Assembly (NCBI RefSeq): GCF_018350175.1
Contig: NC_058383.1
Location: 806,001-870,000, forward strand
Source of the DNA: Felis catus
Lineage: Eukaryota
DNA: 64,000 nt
Direction of reading: 5' to 3'
Shown here: positions 48,135 to 58,125 of the stretch, piece after piece
How positions within the stretch are numbered: the first letter of the stretch is position 1
Layout: each line of letters begins with the position of its first letter
Translations under genes and position numbers: made by a program
Notes under the pieces: generated by a model
Database searches by the model: none
What the model was told of the DNA's origin: nothing
The model's input: only the letters and a program-made list of their open reading frames with translations

Positions 48135-49666
48135 GTAGGCCCGGTGCGGGGAAAGCTCTCGGCGGGAGGGTGCAGGCCGTCCCCAAACAGCCGCCCCTGT
48201 TTCTGCCTTGGTGGCTCTCACTGGTGTTAGCTGTTGTCAGCAGTCGCACTCCTGGGCCGCGGGGAGCCAAGAGGGGAGGATTTGCCCTCCGCTGGTCTGG
48301 CCCTTCCTGTCCGCCCCCCGCCACCCCCGCTTCCTCTCTGGGACATCTTCCCCAGGCGGGCCCTATGATGGCCCGGCGTGCTGCGTCGTCTTCAAGTTTA
48401 AATCTCCGCTTCTGATTAAGCACTTGGCTGATGAGGGGGCCGGGGGGGATGCCAGGCAGTTTCTGGGTGTGGTTCGCACCCTCAGCTCTGAGTCTGGTGC
48501 TCAGGGGCCGGGAAAGACCCTCGGTTTGGTGACCTGGACAGCGTTTGTTCAGGAGGGTTTGAACAGCTGTGTCCTGTTGAGTGAGCGCTGCGGGCAGCTC
48601 GTTCACACCGCGTCAGCCTTCCCGGGGGTCGTCACCGGGCGTCCGCTGGGCAGGGGGGAGGTGCCTTGGTGGGGGCACAGAGGCACCTTCCTTCACTTGC
48701 AGGCGGCCTTCCGCCGGGTCGCGTCTGTGTTAGCGGCTCCTCCTGGAAGCAGCCTGGGTCCAGAGGCGGCTCTGTGGTCAGATAGGCCTGCCTGCTCCCC
48801 ACGCCGGCGGGCCCAGCGCGTCCCTGCTTCGCCTCTCGTCCGGCGGCACGCGTGTGGTGGCCGCCCCCCACGAACCCAGCCCTCGCCCACACGGGGATGC
48901 CGGCTGTGTGAGCACACAGACCCCTCCCCGCTTCTCTCGGGGTGGCACCGCTCACTGGTCCGCGTGTCCCCACCCACTGTGACCCACGAGTGGGGCTCCT
49001 CAGACCCCTCAGCTGCTGGCGTGCCAGCCCTGCCCGCACCCCAGAGGGCTGCTGGGAGGATAACGGTCAGATGTGCGTGAGTTCAAAGGCCAGACAGTCA
49101 GGACGCTCTCCTTAGAGGGCGGCTGAATCCCTTCCCCACTTTGACCCAGAGCCGGAGGGGGGCCCAAGCAGGAGCAGCTGGGCGCTGGGGCTGAGGCGGT
49201 TTGGGCCCCTCCTCTGCTGGCATGCACTCCCTGGGGGCGCCTTGCTTCCCCTCCCTCGGGCCGCCCTGGCCTTCCAGCCTCGCGTGGGCCCCATGCATTT
49301 TCTGTCTGTCGTCTGTCCCCACCAGAACGCCCTCCCACCCACCCGATGCTGGAGTGTCTCGTTCATTGTGGGTGCCCGGAAGCCCCTCAGGGAGAGACCG
49401 TCGGTGTTCGCCGGCCCGGCGGGGTGGGGGGTCCCTGAGGCCCCTGCCCCTTACTCCCGCCCCATCTTGCAGGGGCCGGCCTGGGGTGTGCACGTGCAGG
49501 TGGACGGCCTGCTCTGCGATCAGGGGCGGCTACAGCAAACCTGTGTTCCTAGCAAGCATTTATTTGGCGCCCCTTCTGCCCAGTCTATTTGGGGGGTCCA
49601 TGGGGAGATGCCAGGCAGAAAACAGACGTGATCCTGCGTCTGTGGCTCCGAGAGACCCTCAGAGGT

Positions 49667-50120
49667 GGGGGCGCCTGGGCGGCTCAGTCACTTGAGGGCC
49701 TGACTCTTGGTTTCAGCTCAGGTCACGATCCCACGGTACGTGGGATCGAGCCTCACGTCAGACTCGGTGCTGGCATTGGGGAGCCTGCTTGGGGTTCTTT
49801 CTCTCTCCTTCTCCGCCCCTCCCCTACGCATGTGCTCACTCGCTGTCTCTTTTTTTTTTTTAATTTTTTTTTTTTCAACGTTTATTTATTTTTGGGACAG
49901 AGAGAGACAGAGCATGAACGGGGGAGGGGCAGAGAGAGAGGGAGACACAGAATCGGAAACAGGCTCCAGGCTCTGAGCCATCAGCCCAGAGCCCGGCACG
50001 GGGCTCGAACTCACCGACCGCGAGATCGTGACCTGGCTGAAGTCGGACGCCTAACCGACTGCGCCACCCAGGCGCCCCTCGCTGTCTCTTAAGTAAACAA
50101 ACATTAAAAAAAAAAAAAAA
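49667..50120 (+). mobile_element. Carnivore SINE split by an opposite-strand young SINE
   Basis: Head at 49667, body to about 49850, tail resumes at 50079-50120. Confidence 0.85.
49849..50078 (-). mobile_element. Young full-length SINEC_Fc, nested
   Basis: TSD tcgctgtctctt at 49840 and 50079. Confidence 0.93.
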
Positions 50121-50398
50121 GAGTCCTTCAGGGGCCTCAGGGGTTGAGAGCCAGCTTTAAGGCATTCATATTTAGGAACGTGATTTTAAAATTCAGGATA
50201 TAGGCAGTTATGCGTAGTGCCTGAGGCACAGATCCCGCGTCCTGTCCTGCCCCGGCGTCCGTGGCTTGTGTCCAGAGCCTGTGTTTAGGGATGTCTGTGC
50301 GGCTGTGGCCCCTGGGGACAGGTCTGCGGCCGCGGTGATTGGCCCTCCACGGCTTGCCTCCGCTGTCAGTTCTGCTGTGTTGTGGCGGTCTGCTGATT

Positions 50399-52677
50399 GA
50401 GGCACACCTCGTTCTGGTACGCTTCACAGATCCCGCATTGCCCACACATCGGTCTGCGGTGACCCTGTGTTGAGCGAGTCTATTGGCGCCATTTTCCCAA
50501 CAGCGCCTGCTTGCTTGCTGTCCCTGTGTCACATTTTGCTAATTCTCACGATACTTCGAGATTCTTATTTTTTTATTATTTTTTTTTAAAGTTAACTTTT
50601 TTTAGTTGTGAGAGAGAGCATGAGCTGGGCAGAGGGGCAGAGGGAGACAGAGAATCCCAAGCAGGCTCCACGCTCAGCCCGATCCCACAACCTGAGCCGA
50701 AATAAAGAGTTGGACGCTCAACTAATTGAGCCATCCAGATGCCCCAAGGTTTTTTTTCATAATGTGTCACGGTGATCTGTGACCGTGATCTTTGACGTTA
50801 CCATCGTGATTGTTTTGGGGACCAGGAACTGCGTTCACGTAAGGGCAAACCTAATCGATAACCGTGTGTGTGTGCTGACCGCTGTCCCGACCGGCCGCTC
50901 CCCCGTCTCCCTCCTCGTCCTCGAGCCTCCCTGTTTCCCGAGGCACAACAACACTGAAACTGGGCCACGTAATGACCCTACAGAGGCCCCCGGGGTCCCA
51001 GCGAAAGGAAGAGTCTCACGTCTCTGACGTCAGATCACGAGCTTCGGACGAGTAAGCTCGGTGAGGAAGGCGGAAACCGGGCCCCTCGTCCCGGACGCTT
51101 AGCCGGGTGGTCGGCGCAAAGGACACGCTCCGGAAGGAAATTAGCATGGGAAAGAATCAGCCTCCCCGTTTTAGCGGTCGGGACAGAAGAGCGAACCAGC
51201 CACGGCATCCCCGTAAGCTACAGCCTAACCCAGAGCCACGTGCTGACTGCCTCAGTTCCACGAAGGCTGAGGCGGGGAGGAAGCTGTGGGAGGAGAGTCT
51301 GAAGCCAGCAGACGCCGCGTCCAAGACGGAAGAGTGCACGGCGGTGTAGACGCGGCCGCAGGGGGTCCGGAAGATCCAGCTGCGACCGTTAACGAAGGGG
51401 CCCGCACGCCACACGGGTCGAGGACGTGCGTCAGGACGTGCGTAGTTGGAGAGACGTCGGCACCTGGCTTCCCAGCCTCAAGGGACCGGCCGACCCTCCC
51501 GTCCCGGGGTGACGGAGCGGCCGGTGACCGCAAGCCGGGGCCAGTGCCCAGCGACCCATCCCAAGTCCGAGGGCCCCGAGCGAGCACGCGGAGTGGGCGC
51601 TGCCTGTCCTCTGCCGACGGGACGCCGCCGCCCGGATGGCAGCGCGTCTGTGTGCGACGCCCCTGGTCACCCGAGAGCTCGGACAGACACGGGCAGTGAG
51701 ACGAGCGTGGTGTTCATGCCTGACTCGGCATCCGTCCTGCCGCCCGTGGACCGAGGGGTCGTTTCGGTCCTCAAGACTTCTTTAACAGGCGCACTTCGTA
51801 AGGCTGTAGCTGCCACGGATGGTGCTTCCTCTGCTGGGAAAAGTCCGCCGAAAACCCGCCGGAAAGCAGTCACCCTTCTCGATGCCAGAAAACCTGCCGG
51901 AAAGGAGTCACCGTTCTCGATGCCACTAAGAACGTACGTGATTCGCAGGAAGAGGCCAAAATACCAGTTGTGACAGTTCGGCAGAAGGCGAGGCCAGCCC
52001 TCAGGGACGACCTCGAGGGGTTCGGGACACGGGCGAGGAAGTCCGTGCAGATGTGGGGGAACAGGAAGAGAACAGAACCAGAGGTGGAGCCTGCGGGTGG
52101 GGCTGGACGGCTTCCGTCTCACGCTTCACCAGACGAGGACCCGCTCCTTCCGGGTGAGCAAGTGAGGAGGTTTCTGGAGCCGGAACCCGCTCCTGGTGAA
52201 GGCGCCGCGCGGACGGTCGAAATGACCGCAAAGGGTTGAGAACAGCGCGTAAACGGAGTCGCTAAAGCCGCAGCAGGTGTGAGCGGCTGGACCCCAGGCG
52301 TGAAGGAAGTTCTCCTGTGGGTAGATGCTATCGAACAGCATCGCACGCTACGGAGGGGCCTTTCGGGAAAGAGCACAGCAGACTTGATCGTCTCATTTCA
52401 GAACTTGCCAGAACCACCCCAGCCTCCGGCAACCTCCACCCTGACGGTCAGCAGCCGGCGGCCTCCAGGAAAACCTTCCACCGGCAGAAAGGTTACAGCC
52501 CGCTGCAGGCTTGGGTGATGGTTAGCGTTTGTTATTTGAGTTCTATTTCTTGTTTTCACATAGCGCTAGGGCACGCTTAGCAGACTGTGAACACAGCTTT
52601 CTGTGCCCTGGGAAACCAAAAACTTGGTTTTGTTGTGGTGACCTGGAACTGACCCCCAGTATCCCCGAGGTGCTCTT
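50399..52677 (+). mobile_element. Tigger1 DNA transposon, near full length, decayed transposase
   Basis: Termini gaggcacacctcg...cgaggtgctct; internal gagtctattggcgccattttcccaacag, gaaaggaagagtctcacgtctct and tgggaaaccaaaaa match the Tigger1 consensus as I recall it; no intact ORF. Confidence 0.85.
50565..50745 (-). mobile_element. Carnivore SINE inserted in Tigger1
   Basis: Poly-T, AG tract, gagccatccagatgcccc. Confidence 0.85.
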
Positions 52678-54083
52678 ATACAGGGTCCAGTACGGTTCTT
52701 GGAGCCAGTCTGGTTCTGGGACAGAACATCCGGGCATGGTTTTGCCCAATTTTTCTGTTCCTGTGGATGCTCTAAAACCGGAAGTTATTTTTGGATGGTC
52801 TGAGGGAGAGAAGAGAGCGCAAGTACACAAAGAAATGGGGGCTCGAACCATTCTGAGCTCCGGAAGGTGGTGTGCGGGGCGCTGGGGGCTGGGGCCAATG
52901 GCAGGAAGCAGTCCTGGCCAGCCGGGGGCCACTATTCCCGGTAGAAGGTGGCAGGTGGCTGGGGCATGGCGCCTTAGCCCTGGAAAGGTGTGGGAGCCGG
53001 GAGGCCTTGTGAGTGAGACGGGGTCGTGATCCAGTCCACTCTGGGAAATGGGCCAGGGTGTGAGGAGGTGCTTGGTCTAGGTCGGGGCTGTGCCTCAGCG
53101 CCGCGGACGCTCTGGACCCCTGTGCTCTGTAGGATGCCGAGCCCCGCCCCCCTAGCCATGGCAGCCAGGGGTGCCCAGGCGTTGCCAGCGCCTGGTGAGA
53201 GCGAAGGGTGTCGAATCGTCATTGTTGCGAGGGCCAGCAGGCAGGGAGACAGGTTTCCGAGCAATGAGTGCGGGGAGCAGGGGTACAGCGGGAGTCATTT
53301 ACTGGCGTTGGGAAGGCTGGGATTTTTGTTATTTTTTTAACAAACCTGCCAGTAGAGCTCGTCCCACGAGCAGTGTACAATAGGAGTGCTTCAGGAACAG
53401 GTTAGTTGGAGCACACTTCTCCTGGAAGGTCCTTCCAGCCCCCTTTTGTGCTGTTAGCACTAAAGCTTCCTGCCCTGATGAGAGGTGTGGCCCCAGGGAA
53501 CAGGCTCAGAAAGTCGAGGCCAGAGTGCCCCCAAACTCACCTGTTGGGGTGCAGGTTCCAGTTTGGGGCCTGAGGTTCCACGTGTCTGTCCGGCTCCTAG
53601 GTGACTCCGCGTTGAGCGGGACAGTGTGGCCCTTCTTGGGAAACAGTGGGGCTGAGCCGTGTCCTCACCACTCGCAGGACGGGTCCATCCTGACTGGGAC
53701 ATCAGTCCTGGTGGGAACATCCAGTCCTTCGTCCAGCAGGGCTTCTTGAGGGGGACGGACCACAAACACGGAGAGGGAAGTAGTGAATGTGGAATGTGCG
53801 TCGGAAGGTGGACAGAGGGTGGGTGGCCGTCAGGACGGCAGGGGCCTTCGTGTGGCCTGGGGGACAGGCGGGCCCGACCTGGGCCTGGCACTACTCTGAC
53901 CTTCGCTGCGTTTGCGTGTCGGGGTTTGCGGGGCCTGCGTCTCAGTTGTCAGAAGCATGAGTCCGGGGGTCTCGCGTCGGCCCGCTCTCGTGAGCCAGCT
54001 AATGCGGACGCCAGTGTGGGGACTTCAGCCCGAAGCCGTGCCCTCCCACCATGGGCATTGGAGGCGGTGAATGGGACGCCTGA

Positions 54084-54385
54084 GGGGTGGGTGTAGAGCG
54101 CACTCAGGTGTGTGGGGGGCGGGGATGGTGTGCGGGGCACAGGCAGGTGTGCGGGGGCCGGGGGGGGGGTGCGGGGCGGGTATGCCGAGTGCAGGGGGTG
54201 CCCAGGGCGGGTGTGTGGGGGCCGGGAGGGGGGCGGGGTGGGGTGGGTGCCGAGCGCACTCAGGTGTGTGGGGGGCAGGGATGGTGTGCAGGGCACAGGC
54301 AGGTGTGCGGGGGCCGGGGGGGGGGGGGGGGGCGGGGCGGGTGTGCCGAGTGCAGGGGTGTCCAGGGCGGGTGTGCGGAGCGCTC
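54084..54385. repeat. G-rich tandem duplication (about 156-bp period, 2 copies) abutting the GET4 exon 5 acceptor
   Basis: gagcgcactcaggtgtgtgggggg at 54096 and 54252. Confidence 0.85.
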
Positions 54386-54416
54386 GGGGCTCACGGTGTC
54401 CGCTTCCCTCCCGCAG

Positions 54417-54555
54417 AGCAGAACTACTGCGAGTCCCGGTACCACTTCCTGCACTCAGCGGACGGCGAGGGCTGTGCGCACATGCTGGTGGAGTACTCCA
54501 CGTCCAGGGGTTTCCGCAGCGAGGTGGATATGTTCGTGGCCCAGGCCGTGCTACA
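54417..54555 (+). CDS. GET4: GET4 exon 5 ([27 protein letters not shown]...VAQAVLQ)
   Basis: ccgcag acceptor, ACA|gtaggt donor, 139 nt. Confidence 0.95.
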
Positions 54556-55598
54556 GTAGGTACCCGCCTTGGCTCGGCCTCCTGTCACCTGGCCGAGACG
54601 CCACCCAGGGTCGCCACCCTGCGACCCTGCCGCAGACCTGTCGGGGAGGCTGTGTGTTGTCGCCCGGGTCCCCCGGACCGTTTGTGGGATTTGAGTCGGG
54701 CGGCCGCGGAAGGGAGTGTTCTGACTGGCGTCCTGCCGTTCCTCCCCGTGTTCCATTCTCTCTAGATTTTCTGGGCGGCGGGCCGCTGTCATTCGGGGGG
54801 TGTGCGTATTTAATAAGATGTCCGAGGTGTCCCGGGTCGAGGAGCGAGTGTGGGTCCCGGACGTCTCGTGTGAGGCTCCCCCGCTCCCGTCGGACCGCCT
54901 CCTGCCCCCTCGCCAGTGGTTTTTTCGGGACCGTCGAGCACGCACACAGCTTGGGAGGGAGGCAGGGTGGGCCCGCGCTCCCGCCTCGGAAACCCCCGGA
55001 ATAGGTGGCCAGGTGTCGGGACAGGACACGTTCTGTGCACGTGAATGGGAGGGGGGTCGCAGCACGCTCGCTGGACCTGACGGCACCTCGGAGCTCCCCG
55101 CCCTGCCGCACGGCGGCCTGATATGTGTCTGTGCCTCTAAATGGAGAGTTTCGGGGACTCCAGAGCCCCCGAGCCCAGCTGTGTGGTGCACGGCGCCTGT
55201 GTGTGGATCCCGAGACCACCCGATCACCTCGCTCGCACCTTGACGAGGAGGGACAAGCGGCAACGGGAAGGCCGTGGAGATGGCCCCACGGGGCGGGAGT
55301 CAGAGCCTGACCCACTGCCCCGCACGCTCCCCAGGGCCCTGGGCTGACTTGCTGGGTGCGCGCGGTCTGGAGTTCGAGAACCCGCCACAGACACGGTCAC
55401 CCTCGCGAGCTCCACGTCCTCGCCTGGAAATTGCGAATGCGGAGGGGTGCCGTGCATGGCGGGGGCCCCCGTGTGCTGTTTGGGGACGGCCTTCTGCTGT
55501 GCCCCCAGAAGCGTCCCAGGTCTGGTGCTCACGTGAGCGTCTGTGCGAGTCCCCTTGTTTCTGCCTCGGTACCCTGCTTACTAGGGCGTCCCTTCCAG

Positions 55599-55739
55599 GT
55601 TTCTCTGTTTAAAGAACAAAAGCAGCGCGTCAGTGGTGTTCACAACGTACACACAGAAACACCCGTCCATCGAGAACGGCCCTCCGTTTGTGCAGCCTCT
55701 GCTGAATTTCATCTGGTTTCTGCTGCTGGCCGTAGATGG
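55599..55739 (+). CDS. GET4: GET4 exon 6 ([47 protein letters not shown])
   Basis: ttccag acceptor, TGG|gtgagt donor, 141 nt. Confidence 0.96.
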
Positions 55740-55893
55740 GTGAGTTGCGTGTGCGTGGAGGGGTCGTGTGTGTGGGGGGGGGGAGGGGGTACAGCGCGCA
55801 CAGAGGGATGCGCACGCGTGTGGAGGGGCGCGTGCGTGTGCCCTGCACGTTGGACTCTCCTGGACATCCGTGCTGCCATCCGTGTCGCTTCAG

Positions 55894-55969
55894 GGGCAAA
55901 CTGACCGTGTTCACGGTGCTGTGTGAGCAGTACCAGCCATCCCTCCGGCGGGACCCCATGTACAATGAG
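55894..55969 (+). CDS. GET4: GET4 exon 7 ([25 protein letters not shown])
   Basis: cttcag acceptor, GAG|gtgagg donor, 76 nt. Confidence 0.96.
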
Positions 55970-56101
55970 GTGAGGGGCGCGTGGGGCCGGGCGACAGCTG
56001 GAGGAGGAGAGGGCACGGGGAGCCTCGGGGACCGGGCGGGTGGGAGGTCGTGTCGCCCGCGTGTCTGCGCCCCGCTGAGCCCGTGCCTCTGCCTCTTGCA
56101 G

Positions 56102-56174
56102 TACCTGGACCGGATAGGACAGCTGTTCTTTGGGGTGCCGCCCAAGCAGACGTCTTCGTACGGGGGCTTGCTGG
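56102..56174 (+). CDS. GET4: GET4 exon 8 ([24 protein letters not shown])
   Basis: ttgcag acceptor, TGG|gtgagt donor, 73 nt. Confidence 0.96.
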
Positions 56175-56555
56175 GTGAGTGGGGGGGCGGGCGGGGGCGC
56201 AGGAAGGGAGCGGGGCGGGCGCAGGTGCGGTCCTCTCCCGGGCTCCGTGTCTGCTCGGCCCTGAGGTCCTTCTCCCAGTAGACTCCCACACAGCTGTGCG
56301 GGCCCTGTCGTCCCAGGGCCCCGTCGGTGGGCGTTTCCTTTTATCTTTCGCTTTTGTGGTAAAACACACGTATCGTGAAATTTGCTGTTTTAACCACTTC
56401 TAACTGAACAGCTCAGGGGACTGAGCACGTTCACGCTGCTGTGCAGCCATCTGCACCGTCCATTTCCAGAATGTTCCATCTCCTCACGTTGAGATTCTGT
56501 CCGTTATACATGGACCTCCACCCGCTCCCCCAGACACAGTCCCACCACCTACCCT

Positions 56556-57290
56556 GTGTCCGTGAGTGTGACGACCCCGGGGCCTCATGGGAGTGGGTCC
56601 CAGTGCGTGTCCTCCCATGTCCGTGAGTCTGACGACCCCGGGACCACGTGGGAGTGGGTCCGAGTGCGTGTCCTCCCGTGTCCGTGAGTGTGACGACCCC
56701 GGGGCCTCGTGGGAGTGGGTCCCAGTGCGTGTTCTCCCATGTCCGTGAGTCTGACGACCCCGGGACCGCGTGGGAGTGGGTCCCAGTGCGTGTCCTCCCG
56801 TGTCCATGAGTCTGACGACCCCGGGGCCTCGTGGGAGTGGGTCCCGGTGCGTGTCCTCCCGTGTCCGTGAGTCTGACGACCCCGGGGCCTCGTGGGAGTG
56901 GGTCCCGGTGCGTGTCCTCCCGTGTCCGTGAGTCTGACGACCCCGGGACCACGTGGGAGTGGGTCCCGGTGCGTGTCCTCCCGTGTCCGTGAGTCTGACG
57001 ACCCCGGGGCCTCGTGGGAGTGGGTCCCGGTGCGTGTCCTCCCGTGTCCGTGAGTCTGACGACCCCGGGGCCTCGTGGGAGTGGGTCCCGGTGCGTGTCC
57101 TCCCGTGTCCGTGAGTCTGACGACCCCGGGGCCTCGTGGGAGTGGGTCCCGGTGCGTGTCCTCCCGTGTCCGTGAGTCTGACGACCCCGGGGCCTCGTGT
57201 GAGTGGGTCCCAGTGCGTGTCCTCCCGTGTCCGTGAGTGTGACGACCCCGGGGCCTTGTGTGAGTGGGTCCCAGTACGTGTCCTCCTGTG
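56556..57290. repeat. 61-bp minisatellite, 12 copies
   Basis: Unit gtgtccgtgagtctgacgaccccggggcctcgtgggagtgggtcccggtgcgtgtcctccc; gacccc recurs every 61 nt from 56573 to 57244. Confidence 0.95.
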
Positions 57291-57896
57291 TCTGCCTTGT
57301 GTCACTCACCATGGTGTCTGCAGGGTCCGCCCATGTTGGAGCAGGTGCCAGAACTTCCTTCCCTTTTAAGGCCAAATAGTGTTTCGTGGGTGGATGGCGC
57401 GTGTCGTGTTACCTTCATCTGTGATGCACACGGGTTGCTCCCGCCTGTTCGCTGTGTAAATTTGCTGCTGTGAATATGGGGTGCACCTGTCTGCTGGGCT
57501 CCCTGCGCCCAGTGCTTTGGGTAGTACACCCCAAACTGGACTCACCAGGTCACATTGAAGTTCCGTGTTCAAGTTTGGAGTCGCTACCCGACTGTGCCCG
57601 ACAGACGTGTCCCACCAGCTGCGCGCGAGGTCTGGTTTTTGCACGTCCTCGCCCACGTTTGCCGTCTCCTGTGTTTTACTGGCACCGTCCTACAGGGTGT
57701 GAGGTGGGAGCTCGCTGTGGCTGGGTCGCATCTCCCTAATGACGAGGGTCGCGTAGCATGTTTTCTCGTGCTTTTTGGCTATTTGTACACCTGTGTATCT
57801 GGTCAAGTCACGTGCTTATTTTTGAATCAAGTTGACGAATGCTCTACACTTGGCAGATGTCAGATTCAGAAATATTTTTTCCCGTTTTGTGGATTG

Positions 57897-58125
57897 TTTT
57901 TTTTAAGACTGTATTTATTGTAATAAATGTTTTTAATGTTTATTTTTGAGGAAGAAAGCATGAGCAGAGGAGGGGCAGAGAGACAGGGAGACACAGAATC
58001 CAAAGCAGGCTCCAGAGTCCGAGCGGTTAGCACAGAGCCCGATGTGGGGCTCGAACTCATGAGTCGTGAGATCATGACCTGAGCTGAAGTTGGACTCTTG
58101 ACCGACTGAGCCACCCAGGTGCCCC
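57897..58125 (-). mobile_element. SINEC_Fc-type SINE within the L1 remnant
   Basis: Reverse-complement body; degenerate TSD agact(g/t)tattt. Confidence 0.9.

Noticed and set aside
48208..49080. 290-aa ORF in GET4 intron 4, and similar GC-rich ORFs throughout the window
   Set aside because: No recognisable domain, non-ATG starts, composition typical of GC-rich intron.
50990..52380. Possible domesticated Tigger transposase (TIGD-like gene)
   Set aside because: Multiple deletions, frameshifts and stops; no continuous ORF.
56431..57375. 314-aa and 273-aa repetitive minus-strand ORFs; superficially CRISPR-like periodicity
   Set aside because: Produced by the 61-bp VNTR. Units are contiguous with no unique spacers, the context is mammalian, and there are no cas genes.
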